Shown: positions 29,079 through 39,147, numbered from the stretch's first letter. The stretch: 64,000 nucleotides of DNA from Methanothrix sp. (GCA_963682135.1 OY821645.1:864001-928000), one strand, 5' to 3'. Notes: generated by a model not told the origin, from the sequence alone. Made by a program: numbers and translations.

Positions 29079-30398
29079 TCACTCTTCCGGATAGCCCAGC
29101 ACTACCCCTTCCGGATAGGACAGTCCCATGAACTTATCAAGATATTCTCGGTAGATCTTCACAGGATCGATGTCCAGCTCAGGATGCAGCCACTTGGCAT
29201 AGTAGGCTACCCCCGCAATTCCGTCCGGCCCCCAGGCGACCTCAGTGCTAAGCAGATGGGTCCGGTTATTCTTGACGGCATCGAGATTTGCCCAGCCGGG
29301 GCGGCCTTCGATGTAGCCCTTGAGGATCTCTGCCGCTTCATCGGTGCTGTTCCAGCCAGGCTTCTTGCTGCCCGGGGACAGGGTCCTTATTATCATATCA
29401 GGATTCTCTTTGAGCACCCATTCGCTGTCCAGCTTGGGAAATTCCGGAAGGTCTGCAGCAATATTTCTGCCGCCCGCAAAGTTGCTCACGGCGTTGCCGC
29501 TGCTGCCGTTGCCGTAGCTTGAAATCTCAGAAACGGTATTCTTTGTGCCCCATTCCATGAAGAGGCGTGGCTTGTCGTCTTCCTTAAGAGCAGCTACATA
29601 GTCCTCGAGGGGTTGATCATAAGTGCTACGCCATTGAAGATATTCATCCGCCTGCTCATTCTTGTTCAGGAGGAATCCCAGGGTTTTGATCTCCGAGCGA
29701 AGGATGTTGTCCCTGTAGAAGTCCAGTCCAAGGACAGCTATTCCCGTGGCCTTCAGGCTCTCCTCCAGCTTTGTCGCTCTCTCCATGTTGGCAGAAGTTA
29801 TGATGATATCCGGGTGAAGCTTTACTATCGCCTCGCTGTCCGGAGCGGACCAGGTTCCTACCGCCGGCTTATCTGCCAGATCTGAGTAGTAGTATCCGCC
29901 TTCTTTGATATCTGAGGATACTCCTACCATCATATCCTGAGCCTTGAGTATCTTGGCGGCCTCATTCCTGTAGCTGCCCAGAGCTATCATCTTGTTTATG
30001 GGCATCTTGATGGTCACATTTCGGTTTATGGAGTCGCAAACGGTGATCTCTTTCTCCTCGCCCTTAATTATCTCGTTTATCCTGTCGATGTCCTGGGAAT
30101 CTATCTTGCCATCATAGTTGGCATCGGCAAGCCTGGTAGGCGCATTGCTGCCGCTGATTATTCCCTGGACAAATGCCACATCTGCCTCGTTGATTGCGTC
30201 ATCCATATTGGCATTTCCAAAGATGCCCAGCAGATCAACAGAGGCTCCGGCTGACATGGCCAGAGACAGAGCGGCGAACATGATTGCCATAAAAAGGCCG
30301 GTCCTCCACCTCTGCTTTTGGCCTGCTTTTTTATTCCTGATAATACTACTTTTGATATTGATCATATTTGCATCACTAATTCTTATGAATAATGTCAT
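29079..30398 (-). CDS. ABC substrate-binding protein with N-terminal dockerin-like domain
   Basis: GNANMDDAINEAD...DANYDGKIDSQD paired Ca-binding loops followed by BtuF-type SBP (AKWLHPE). Confidence 0.85.
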   Translation of the reverse strand: MTLFIRISDANMINIKSSIIRNKKAGQKQRWRTGLFMAIMFAALSLAMSAGASVDLLGIFGNANMDDAINEADVAFVQGIISGSNAPTRLADANYDGKIDSQDIDRINEIIKGEEKEITVCDSINRNVTIKMPINKMIALGSYRNEAAKILKAQDMMVGVSSDIKEGGYYYSDLADKPAVGTWSAPDSEAIVKLHPDIIITSANMERATKLEESLKATGIAVLGLDFYRDNILRSEIKTLGFLLNKNEQADEYLQWRSTYDQPLEDYVAALKEDDKPRLFMEWGTKNTVSEISSYGNGSSGNAVSNFAGGRNIAADLPEFPKLDSEWVLKENPDMIIRTLSPGSKKPGWNSTDEAAEILKGYIEGRPGWANLDAVKNNRTHLLSTEVAWGPDGIAGVAYYAKWLHPELDIDPVKIYREYLDKFMGLSYPEGVVLGYPEE

Positions 30399-30592
30399 TA
30401 GTTATAACTATTTTGCATGACGTGTTATTAAAAGCATAGAAATCCTCCTCCAAATCGAATGAGAATAAAAAAGGGGATTCAGAGGTTTCCGGTCGGATCA
30501 GCCGTAAATATTGCTATTGGGATAGCCCATTGAACTGCAACATTACGCTATCCCATTGGACCGCCTCGTTGGGCTATCCCATTGCGCTATTC

Positions 30593-30655
30593 CTACATTG
30601 CAATTCGCTCTTCCGGATAGATGAATATCCTGTCCTTCGGATAGGATGATCCCAT
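30593..30655 (-). pseudogene. internally deleted SBP remnant (start fused to last codons)
   Basis: AAGGTGA RBS + MGSS-YPKDRIFIYPEE; tail resembles YPEGRTFVFP and YPEGVVLGYPEE of the neighbouring SBPs. Confidence 0.5.
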
Positions 30656-30888
30656 TATAATCTCACCTTCTTTGATCGGAATTTCTTGATTTACCGCAAG
30701 ATATTTGTAACTAAACTTAACTTTAATTAAGTCAATAAATCTTATCTTAATAAATCTTGCGGCGACCATGACGTCGCAAGAAAAACTGAGCACAGAGCTC
30801 AGTAATAAGTATTAATAATAAAACTCTACATAGTGACAGATAAGTAATACTTAAGCATATTCAAATGCTATTTAAGGTGAGAAAGAAA

Positions 30889-31530
30889 ATGGATACCGAC
30901 TACACAGACATCGGGGCCACCACCACCGAGGCCCTGGAGATAAGCAGAAAAAGCAGGCAGATGATCTCGGATCTCATTGGTGATCTTAGTCTTGAGGATA
31001 AGATTAAGCAAAGGTGCGTTATCGCCACGGGAGACCCGAGTGTCGGCGAGATCCTGGAATTTTGTCATGATCCAGTTCAGGCAGGCCTCAAAGCTCTGCA
31101 AGAGGGCGCCAGGATCTTCACCGACATAAGAATGGTCGAGATGGGAATAGTCAAAAAGGGCCATAACAGCGAAGTCATGACCTTGCTTGGTGCCGGCGAT
31201 GGGCTGGCAGCGAGCAGCGGGATCACCAGGACCTCTGCCGGAGTCATTTCCCGGCAAAATGAGCTTACCGGGTCCATAATTGTAATAGGAAATGCGCCCT
31301 CAGCCTTGATGGCTCTATGCGAGTTGATCGAGTCGGGTTTGGTCACTCCGGCGCTGGTAATCGGCACTCCAGTTGGCTTTGTTAATGCTGATAAGAGCAA
31401 GGAACGGTTGAGAGCGATAGCATTGTCCTCAATTTCAACTGTGGGGACAAGGGGCGGCACTCCTATTGCAGTTGCCGCGATAAACGAGATCATCAACATG
31501 CATAGCAGAGCCGGGCAGGTATCTGGCTAG
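30889..31530 (+). CDS. cbiC: precorrin-8X / cobalt-precorrin-8 methylmutase
   Basis: ITRTSAG, IGNAPSAL, IGTPVGFV, GTRGGTPIAVA. Confidence 0.92.
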   Translation: MDTDYTDIGATTTEALEISRKSRQMISDLIGDLSLEDKIKQRCVIATGDPSVGEILEFCHDPVQAGLKALQEGARIFTDIRMVEMGIVKKGHNSEVMTLLGAGDGLAASSGITRTSAGVISRQNELTGSIIVIGNAPSALMALCELIESGLVTPALVIGTPVGFVNADKSKERLRAIALSSISTVGTRGGTPIAVAAINEIINMHSRAGQVSG

Positions 31531-31537
31531 ATGATGC

Positions 31538-31816
31538 TCACCAAGACATCTTCCCCCTGCGCATGAAGAGATAAACGAAGAATGGAACGCCCAGGAACGA
31601 GGTCATTATTCCCACCGGCAGTATCACCGGTGCCAGTATAGTTCTGGCCAGGGTATCAGCACCCAGGAGGAGAAGTGCACCCACCAGGGCCGAGCCTGGC
31701 AAGAGAAAGCGGTGGTCTGCCCCGATGACCATCCTGGTGATATGAGGGGCGACGAGGCCTATGAAGCCGATGGTACCCGTAAAGCAGATGATGCTGGCGG
31801 TAATCAGCGCCCCCAT
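31538..31816 (-). pseudogene. BtuC/FecCD permease C-terminal fragment
   Basis: [29 protein letters not shown]; only the last ~90 aa present. Confidence 0.8.
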
Positions 31817-31818
31817 AA

Positions 31819-32157
31819 ATGGCTAAACGAAGAATAATATTCCGGGAGCTGGAGCGAATGCAAAGCACTCTGGAGAGCGGCAAAGAGAAGCATCATCACT
31901 GCTTTTTTGACTCATGTCGATCCCTGGTTGTGCTGGCTGATGGCCGCTCTTGCGTTTGCCCCTCTCTGCTCCATCCGGAGATGATGCTGGGAAATATTGA
32001 GGCGTCCGGTTTTGCGGATGGGCTGCTCGATCAAATGGCGAAGAAACGCTGCCTGGTGCAGAGCCCTCAGGATTGCAGCAAGTGCACGGATCGATGGCTA
32101 TGTGGAGGCCCGTGTCTGGCACATTATTATACAGCGGGTTTAGATCTGAATGAGTAA
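31819..32157 (+). pseudogene. radical SAM SPASM-domain fragment
   Basis: C...ADG.SCVC..LGNI..CSKC..RWLCGGPC; no CxxxCxxC core. Confidence 0.7.
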
Positions 32158-32202
32158 TTACTTATCACTCAAAAGCATATTATCCAATATTTAGGTGATT
32201 TA

Positions 32203-32478
32203 ATGAATTTCGAACACGTCGCAGGAAAAGATAAAGGCAAGATCAGGCTCTTTGCCCTGAGCACCTGTATCTGGTGCAAGAAGACCCGGGAGCTCTTATC
32301 ATCTATGGGCGTGGCCTTCGACTACATTTATGTTGACCTATTAAAAGGAGAAAAGAGAGCTGAGGCAGTAGCCGAGGTTAAGAAATACAACCCAAGCCTC
32401 TCGTTTCCAACGCTTGTCATTGGCGAGAAATCCATTGTAGGATTGAAAGAAAAGGAGATCAAGGAGGCGCTGGGCTGA
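32203..32478 (+). CDS. glutaredoxin-like protein (methanoredoxin type)
   Basis: LSTCIWCKK, NPSLSFPT. Confidence 0.88.
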   Translation: MNFEHVAGKDKGKIRLFALSTCIWCKKTRELLSSMGVAFDYIYVDLLKGEKRAEAVAEVKKYNPSLSFPTLVIGEKSIVGLKEKEIKEALG

Positions 32479-33023
32479 TGGCGCAGGATTTTGTTGAGCC
32501 CGCGGGCGAGGAAGTTGATAACTTATGCTCTCGCCTGGATAAAGATGCCAGACAGGGTGGATACAATCTCAATCCCGATGCGGATTTCGTGAGAGGCCTG
32601 GTGAAAGGTCTGCTCATAAACGAGAGGCGATACGGCTACCGTGCCTGTCCCTGTCGCCTGGCCTCCGGCGATAAGGCCGAGGACCTGGATCTCATCTGCC
32701 CATGTGACTACCGAGATGCGGATATCACTGAATTTGGGGCCTGCTACTGTGCGCTTTATGTCTCCAAAGCCGTTCTGTTGGGAAAGAAGGAGCTTTCCTC
32801 CATTCCAGAGAGAAGGCTTCCTCCCGAAGAGAGAGAGAAGCTGCGGCAAAAGAAACAGGCATCTGCTGAGGCGTTGGGTGCTGATATCGCCAGGGTGGCT
32901 TTCAAGCTATCCCTTCCTGTGTGGAGATGCACTGTCTGCGGCTATCTCTGCGCCAGAGATGGGCCTCCTGAGGTCTGTCCCATCTGCAAGGTCGGCAAGG
33001 AAAGATTTGAGCGGTTTATTTAG
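32478..33023 (+). CDS. ferredoxin:disulfide reductase (FTR catalytic subunit + rubredoxin domain)
   Basis: CPCR, CPC, CYC; C-terminal CTVC..CPIC. Confidence 0.9.
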   Translation: MAQDFVEPAGEEVDNLCSRLDKDARQGGYNLNPDADFVRGLVKGLLINERRYGYRACPCRLASGDKAEDLDLICPCDYRDADITEFGACYCALYVSKAVLLGKKELSSIPERRLPPEEREKLRQKKQASAEALGADIARVAFKLSLPVWRCTVCGYLCARDGPPEVCPICKVGKERFERFI

Positions 33024-33025
33024 CC

Positions 33026-35506
33026 ATGACCGCTAACAAAAAGGCCGAGCTGAAGGTTGCCGGCATGGTTTGCGCCGCCTGCACTGCGGCCATCGAGAAG
33101 GCCTTGCGCAATTTGGATGGGGTGGCGTTGGCTCAGGTCAACCTGGGCACGGAGACGGCATCGGTAGAATATGATCCCGAGAAGCTGCGTCTCGCTGATT
33201 TGGAAAAGGCGGTTCAGGATGCCGGCTACGATGTGATCGATGAAAAAGTTGTTCTCAAGATAGGGGGCATGGTCTGCGCCATGTGCGTGGGGGCGCTGGA
33301 GATCGCCCTCAAGAAGCTGGATGGCGTTGTGGAGGTGCGCGTTAACCTGGCATCGGAGAAGGCCTATGTCACATTCAATCCCAGCATGGTTGGCCTGGAG
33401 GACATGAAGAAAGCCGTAGTCGATACGGGTTACGAGTTCCTGGGCAGGGAAGGTGAAGACGAGAAAGCATTGGCCGACCGGGAGAAGGAAGCCCGTCAAA
33501 GGGATATGGCAGACAAGAAGCGGCGCATCATCATCGGCTTTGCCACCAGCCTCTTTCTCATGGCTCTCATGTACCTGCCTGTGCACCAAATCGTGCCCAT
33601 GCAGATTTCAATGGCCTATCCCAATTTCATGAGCCTCTTCATGCTCGCAGTATCTGCTCCCGTCTTTGTTTATGTGAGCTACCCCATCTTTCGGGCTGCA
33701 CTGCGCTCTCTTGCCAATCGAAATCTGGATATGGATGTCATGTACGGCATGGGCATCGGCGTGGCCTATGGCTCTTCCATTCTGGGTACATTCGGAATAG
33801 TCCTGACCTCAGACTTCATGTTTTATGAGACGGCAGTGATGCTGGCTTCTTTTCTCACCCTGGGTCGCTACCTGGAAGCGGGGGCCAAAGGCCGCACCTC
33901 TGAGGCGATTAAAAAGCTGGTGGGCCTTGTGCCCAAGAGAGCCATCATTCTCCGGGACGGGCGGGAGATTGAGGTGTCCGTGGATGAGGTGATGGTGGGC
34001 GATCGGCTATTGGTCAAGCCCGGCGAAAAGATTCCGGCGGATGGCACCGTCACGGCAGGAGAGAGCTACGTGGATGAAGCCATGATCACCGGCGAGAGCG
34101 TTCCCGCTTTCAAGGAGCCGGGCAGCCGGGTGGTGGGCGGCACCCTCAACAAAAACGGCTCTCTCCAGTTCTCGGCCACCCGCATCGGAAAGGACACCGT
34201 CCTGGCCCAGATCATCTCTCTGGTAGAGCAGGCGCAGGGGACCAGGCCGACGGTGCAGAGAATCGCCGACCGTGCGGTGGCCTATTTCATTCCTACCATC
34301 CTTACAATCGCCTTCGCAGCATTTGTTTACTGGTATTTTGTGGCTCATAATACTCTGCTCTTCTCACTCACTGCTCTCATATCCGTGTTAGTAGTAGCCT
34401 GCCCCTGTGCCCTGGGTTTGGCCACACCCACGGCAATTACGGTAGGCATTGGCCGGGGAGCGGAACTGGGCATTCTTATCAAGAGCGGAGAAGCTCTGGA
34501 AGCCTCAGATAAGCTCAAGGTCGTCGCCTTCGACAAGACCGGCACACTGACCGTGGGCAGGCCCGATGTCACGGACATAACTGCCTTTGGCGTGAGCGAA
34601 ATGGAGATGCTGCGCCTGGCAGCTTCTGCAGAGCGGCCTTCTGAGCATCCCCTTGCCGAGGCGGTGGTGCGAAAAGCCCAGGAGCAAAACTTCGCTTTAG
34701 GAGATGCAGAGAAATTCGAGGCCCGGCCGGGAAAGGGTGTGCTGGCCCAGGTGGCTGGTCGGAGCGTTGCGGCCGGAAACCGCATGCTTTTCACTGATTT
34801 GGCCATCGAACTGATCCCCGCATTGCTGGAACGAGCATCAGGCTATGAAGAACAGGGTAAAACGGCGGTGCTCGTCGCTCTGGATGGCCGGGCCTGCGGC
34901 GTTCTGGCCATCTCCGACCGGCTGAAGGCATCGGCCCAGCAGGCCGTATCCGATCTGCAGAAGATGAATTTGTCTGTGGTGATGATCACCGGCGACAACT
35001 CAAGAAGCGCGGCAGCGGTGGCAGGCCAGCTGGGCATAAAAGAGGTTCTCTCCGAGGTCTTGCCGGAAGATAAATCTCAGGAGATCAAGAGGCTGCAGCA
35101 GAGCGGCAGCAAGGTAGCCTTTGTGGGAGACGGCATCAATGACGCTCCCGCTCTGGCCCAGGCCGATGTGGGCATTGCCATCGGCAGCGGCACGGATGTG
35201 GCTATTGAGACCGGCGAGATTGTGCTGATGAAGGACGACCTGCTCGGCGTCGTGGCGGCCATTGAGCTTAGCCGCAAGGTGATCTCGCGAATCAAGCTGA
35301 ATATCTTCTGGGCCTTTGCCTACAACGTGGCCCTGGTTCCCGTGGCAGCGGGTGCGCTCTATCCGGCATTCGGCATCACCTTCCGCCCGGAGCTGGCAGG
35401 GTTGGCGATGGCTCTCAGCTCAGTTACTGTCATCTCCTTCTCGCTCCTGCTCAAAAAGTATATACCGCCGGCAATACAAAACAGGAACAGAAGCGAAATA
35501 TTGTGA
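33026..35506 (+). CDS. copA: Cu(I)-translocating P1B ATPase
   Basis: Two GMxCxxC domains; TGES, CPC, DKTGT, HP, GDGIND, YN, MALSS. Confidence 0.94.
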   Translation: MTANKKAELKVAGMVCAACTAAIEKALRNLDGVALAQVNLGTETASVEYDPEKLRLADLEKAVQDAGYDVIDEKVVLKIGGMVCAMCVGALEIALKKLDGVVEVRVNLASEKAYVTFNPSMVGLEDMKKAVVDTGYEFLGREGEDEKALADREKEARQRDMADKKRRIIIGFATSLFLMALMYLPVHQIVPMQISMAYPNFMSLFMLAVSAPVFVYVSYPIFRAALRSLANRNLDMDVMYGMGIGVAYGSSILGTFGIVLTSDFMFYETAVMLASFLTLGRYLEAGAKGRTSEAIKKLVGLVPKRAIILRDGREIEVSVDEVMVGDRLLVKPGEKIPADGTVTAGESYVDEAMITGESVPAFKEPGSRVVGGTLNKNGSLQFSATRIGKDTVLAQIISLVEQAQGTRPTVQRIADRAVAYFIPTILTIAFAAFVYWYFVAHNTLLFSLTALISVLVVACPCALGLATPTAITVGIGRGAELGILIKSGEALEASDKLKVVAFDKTGTLTVGRPDVTDITAFGVSEMEMLRLAASAERPSEHPLAEAVVRKAQEQNFALGDAEKFEARPGKGVLAQVAGRSVAAGNRMLFTDLAIELIPALLERASGYEEQGKTAVLVALDGRACGVLAISDRLKASAQQAVSDLQKMNLSVVMITGDNSRSAAAVAGQLGIKEVLSEVLPEDKSQEIKRLQQSGSKVAFVGDGINDAPALAQADVGIAIGSGTDVAIETGEIVLMKDDLLGVVAAIELSRKVISRIKLNIFWAFAYNVALVPVAAGALYPAFGITFRPELAGLAMALSSVTVISFSLLLKKYIPPAIQNRNRSEIL

Positions 35507-35516
35507 GGCTGAAAAA

Positions 35517-35663
35517 ATGGCGATAGATCCGATATGCAAGATGACTGTTGATGAGAAGACTGCCAAGCTCAAGAGCGAGTATAAAGGCAAGATGTACTAC
35601 TTCTGTGCTCCGGGATGCAAGAAGGCTTTTGAGGCAAATCCGGAAAAGTATCTGGGAAGCTGA
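35517..35663 (+). CDS. YHS/TRASH metal-binding protein
   Basis: DPICKM...YYFCAPGCK..F.ANPEKY. Confidence 0.88.
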   Translation: MAIDPICKMTVDEKTAKLKSEYKGKMYYFCAPGCKKAFEANPEKYLGS

Positions 35664-35699
35664 GCGCGGTGGAGGCTGGCGCTCGAAATTTTTGCTATT

Positions 35700-35960
35700 G
35701 AAGAGAATAATCCCAAATGAAATGTCAGAGTTACACCTGTCTTCTCATCGGATGTCCAAACGGGCTCTGCAAGCCCCCTTTCTTTGCATTTTCTCAAGAT
35801 TAGGACACTACCTCGCCCTATCTTCTCCATAAAACCACGCAAATAAAGAACATGTGCGATATCGGGGTTCCTAAGCACGGAAAGATGTCCGTTGATCAGT
35901 GTCTCTGGGGTAATCCCTTCCGGCAAGCTGCCTGCACTCCATAGCCGCCAGACCCCATTA
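35700..35960 (-). pseudogene. fragment of AlbA/RecG-C-terminal (HATPase_c_4-like) protein
   Basis: GSLPEGITPE..SVLRNPDIA..GFMEKIGRG. Confidence 0.65.
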
Positions 35961-36035
35961 GTCTTGAATACGATTGGATTATCTACTGCAAAATCCTCAA
36001 GATATTTAAGCCACGACCTATACCCTACTATTACC

Positions 36036-37445
36036 ATGGACAAATTCGATCTTATCGTCATCGGCTCGGGCGCGGGCACGCACGTGGCTTCTCAAGCCAG
36101 GCATGCGGGACTGAAAGTCGCCCTGGTAGATCAGGGCCCCACGGGCGGCACCTGTCTGAACAACGGCTGCGTTCCTTCCAAGATGCTCATCTATCCGGCT
36201 GATGTCATAAGGACCATCCAGGATGCAATAGCCGTGGGTGTGCACGCCGAGATCAATGAGATCGATTTTCCGGCTATTATGAGCCGCATGCATGCGGTAG
36301 TGGATAAAACGCGAAAGAGCCTGGAAGAGGCTTTGCAGGCCAAAGAGAATTTGACCTATTTTCAGGATCGAGCGGAGTTCATCGACGACTATGTCTTGGC
36401 AGTAGGCGGCAAGACCATTACTGCACCAAAAATAGTGATCGCCACGGGTGCCCGGTCTCTCGTGCCGAACATTCCCGGTTTGCAGGAGGCGGGCTTCCTG
36501 GACAATGTCTCGCTGCTGCGGCTGCGGGCTCTGCCAGCAAGCCTGATCATCATTGGGGCAGGCTACATCGGCTGCGAATTCGGCCATTTCTTCTCAGCTA
36601 TGGGTAGTAAGGTTACCATCCTGGGGCGCAGCCCTCAGGTGCTCAAGGGTGAAGATCCGGAAGCGTCCGGATTGGTGCAGAGAGTGCTCTCCTTGTACAT
36701 GCGGGTGATCACCAGCCATGAGGTCGTCTCCGTGGAGAAAAAGGGTGACAAGAAGGTCGTCTCTGCCAGAAATATGGAGGACGGCAAGATCCATCAGTTT
36801 GAAGCTGACGAGATTCTCCTGGCTGCGGGGCGTCGCTCCAACTCCGATATGCTCCATCCGGAGAAGAGCGGCATAAAGACCGATAAGAACGGCTGGATCA
36901 TGGTGGACGAGTATCTGGAAACCAGCAAGAAAGGGATAATGGCATTGGGCGACGCCGTCGGCAAGCACATGTTCCGGCACACGGCCAACTACGAGTCAGA
37001 AGTCGTCTCCCATAATTTGCTTCGGGCTAAAGAGAGTGAGGACCGGGAAGCTGCCGACTACCACGCCGTGCCTTATGCCATCTTCACTCACCCCCAGCTG
37101 GCAGGTGTGGGCATGAAGGAGGCGGACGCCCTTGCTGCCGGACTGAAGGTGCTGATCGGGCGGGCTACGTATTTGGACGTGGCCAAGGGCGTGGCCATGG
37201 CGCAGGAGCATAGCCTGGTTAAAGTGATCCTGGAGGTGGAGACAGGACGCATCTTGGGAGCAACGGTCGTCGGCCCCATGGCTTCAGAGCTGGTGCAGCA
37301 GGTGGTCTACCTCATGAACACCGAGTACCAGGATTTGATGCCGGTCATAAAATCACAGGTAATTCACCCCACCATAAATGAGGTGCTGGTGCGCGCTTTC
37401 TCAGAACTGGAGCATCCAGCTCATCAGCCCGGTCCGAGCCGGTAG
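36036..37445 (+). CDS. class I pyridine nucleotide-disulfide oxidoreductase (dihydrolipoyl dehydrogenase-like)
   Basis: IGSGAG, GGTCLNNGCVPSK, GAGYIG, HPTINE. Confidence 0.9.
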   Translation: MDKFDLIVIGSGAGTHVASQARHAGLKVALVDQGPTGGTCLNNGCVPSKMLIYPADVIRTIQDAIAVGVHAEINEIDFPAIMSRMHAVVDKTRKSLEEALQAKENLTYFQDRAEFIDDYVLAVGGKTITAPKIVIATGARSLVPNIPGLQEAGFLDNVSLLRLRALPASLIIIGAGYIGCEFGHFFSAMGSKVTILGRSPQVLKGEDPEASGLVQRVLSLYMRVITSHEVVSVEKKGDKKVVSARNMEDGKIHQFEADEILLAAGRRSNSDMLHPEKSGIKTDKNGWIMVDEYLETSKKGIMALGDAVGKHMFRHTANYESEVVSHNLLRAKESEDREAADYHAVPYAIFTHPQLAGVGMKEADALAAGLKVLIGRATYLDVAKGVAMAQEHSLVKVILEVETGRILGATVVGPMASELVQQVVYLMNTEYQDLMPVIKSQVIHPTINEVLVRAFSELEHPAHQPGPSR

Positions 37446-37541
37446 ATAAAAGAAGAGCAGTATGCCGGTTGGGAAATATAGAGCTTATGCGCGGCATGCT
37501 GCAAGCATTCTCAGGTGGTGAATTCTGAGTATAAAATTGTT

Positions 37542-37658
37542 TCAATTATCGTTATGATCCTCCGCCAAGTGCAGCTTGAGTTCTTCCTTTGATTCAAAGA
37601 CCATACGACAGATTTTGCATTTGAACTTTCCTTCTCGTTTGGATGCGGCGTTGGCCAT
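37542..37658 (-). CDS. 38-aa C2H2 zinc-finger microprotein
   Basis: FKCKICRMVFESKEELKLHLAEDH fits F-x-C-x2-C-x3-F-x5-L-x2-H-x4-H; GGGGTG RBS. Confidence 0.75.
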   Translation of the reverse strand: MANAASKREGKFKCKICRMVFESKEELKLHLAEDHNDN

Positions 37659-37761
37659 TATCACACCCCGATAGTTCGTACCTGCCGTTTCAGTAGATTC
37701 TCATTATTATTTAGTTTTTCGTTGCGATTGGGCTAAATACTTTGCAGACCTAAAATTAACT

Positions 37762-37926
37762 ATGTCTCAAAAATATCAGTGCACCATTTGCGGATACATC
37801 TACGACCCAGAAAAAGGAGATCCCGACTCAGGAATTGCTCCCGGAACCTCCTTTGCAGATCTGCCGCAAACATGGACCTGTCCGCAGTGCGGCGCAGCGA
37901 AAGATGATTTCCAAGAGATGAAATAG
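37762..37926 (+). CDS. rubredoxin
   Basis: [16 protein letters not shown]...WTCPQCGA (below the ORF-track cutoff). Confidence 0.93.
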   Translation: MSQKYQCTICGYIYDPEKGDPDSGIAPGTSFADLPQTWTCPQCGAAKDDFQEMK

Positions 37927-37968
37927 CTGGATAGGGACTTGGATAAGGAATGGGATAAGGACAATATC

Positions 37969-39147
37969 ATGGCGCTCACAAGAGAGATCAGACCCGGCGT
38001 CAAATGGGTCGGGGCAATAGACTGGGATCGCAGGCTCTTTGATGCATTAATTCCTCTGCCCGAGGGAACCAGCTATAACTCTTACCTCATCCAGGGCAGC
38101 GAGAAGACAGCACTTATTGATGCGGTAGACGAATCCATGGCTGATGTGCTGCAAGGCAACTTGGCAGCATTGGGCATTAAGAGAATCGACTACATCATCG
38201 CCCAGCATGCCGAGCAGGATCATTCAGGAAGCCTGAAAATGCTGCTCGATCTTTACCCCGATGCCAAAGTGCTCGGCTCTGCCAGGTGTCTGGATTTGCT
38301 CATGTTATTTGGACTGGTGAGCAGGACCCAGGTGCAAGAGATAAAAGACGGCGAGAAGATATCTCTGGGAGACAAAAGCCTGCAGTTCATTGTTGCTCCC
38401 TGGGTACACTGGCCGGATACGATATTCACCTATCTGGCCGAGGAGCGCATACTCTTTACCTGCGATTTTCTGGGCTCGCATCTGGCCGGCAGCGACCTTT
38501 ATGCCAGTGATGAAGCCGTCGTCTACCGGGCTGCCAAGAGATACTATGCCGAGATCATGATGCCCTTTCGCCAGAACATAAACCGGCACCTGGCCAGGAT
38601 TGCAAATCTGCCCATGGATGTCATCGCACCCAGCCACGGGCCGCTTTATGCCCGACCAGAGTTCATATTGGACGCCTACCGCGATTGGGCCTCGGAAAGA
38701 GTAAAAAATCAGGTGGTTTTGCCTTATGTTTCCATGCATGGGTCCACCCGTATCATGGTCGGCTACCTGGTAGAAGCTCTCATCTCCCGAGGAGTGGGCG
38801 TGAGACAATTTGATCTCACAAACTACGATGCAGGAGAGCTGGCTGAGTCTCTCGTGGATGCGGCAACTGTGGTCATAGGCACGCCTACCATTCTGGCAGG
38901 AGCGCATCCTCTGGCACTTTATGCAGCCATCCTGGCCAATGCCCTGCGGCCCAAGACAAGGTATGCTTCCATCATCGGCTCCTTTGGCTGGGGAGGCAAG
39001 ATGCTCGAGCAGATAACCGTTGCCCTGCCCAATCTGAAGCTGCAATTCTTCGATCCGGTAGTCGCCAAAGGTCGTCCCAAAGAAGCAGATTTCCAGGGCT
39101 TGGACCGGCTGGCGGATGAGATCGCTGCCAAGCATCGGGAACTCTAG
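37969..39147 (+). CDS. fprA: flavodiiron protein (FprA family)
   Basis: GTSYNSYL, HAEQDH, HWPD, PSHG, SMHGST flavodoxin loop. Confidence 0.92.
   Translation: MALTREIRPGVKWVGAIDWDRRLFDALIPLPEGTSYNSYLIQGSEKTALIDAVDESMADVLQGNLAALGIKRIDYIIAQHAEQDHSGSLKMLLDLYPDAKVLGSARCLDLLMLFGLVSRTQVQEIKDGEKISLGDKSLQFIVAPWVHWPDTIFTYLAEERILFTCDFLGSHLAGSDLYASDEAVVYRAAKRYYAEIMMPFRQNINRHLARIANLPMDVIAPSHGPLYARPEFILDAYRDWASERVKNQVVLPYVSMHGSTRIMVGYLVEALISRGVGVRQFDLTNYDAGELAESLVDAATVVIGTPTILAGAHPLALYAAILANALRPKTRYASIIGSFGWGGKMLEQITVALPNLKLQFFDPVVAKGRPKEADFQGLDRLADEIAAKHREL

Noticed and set aside
37929-37964. Three 12-bp GGATARGGA units before fprA
   Set aside because: Short slippage-type duplication near an RBS; no evidence of function
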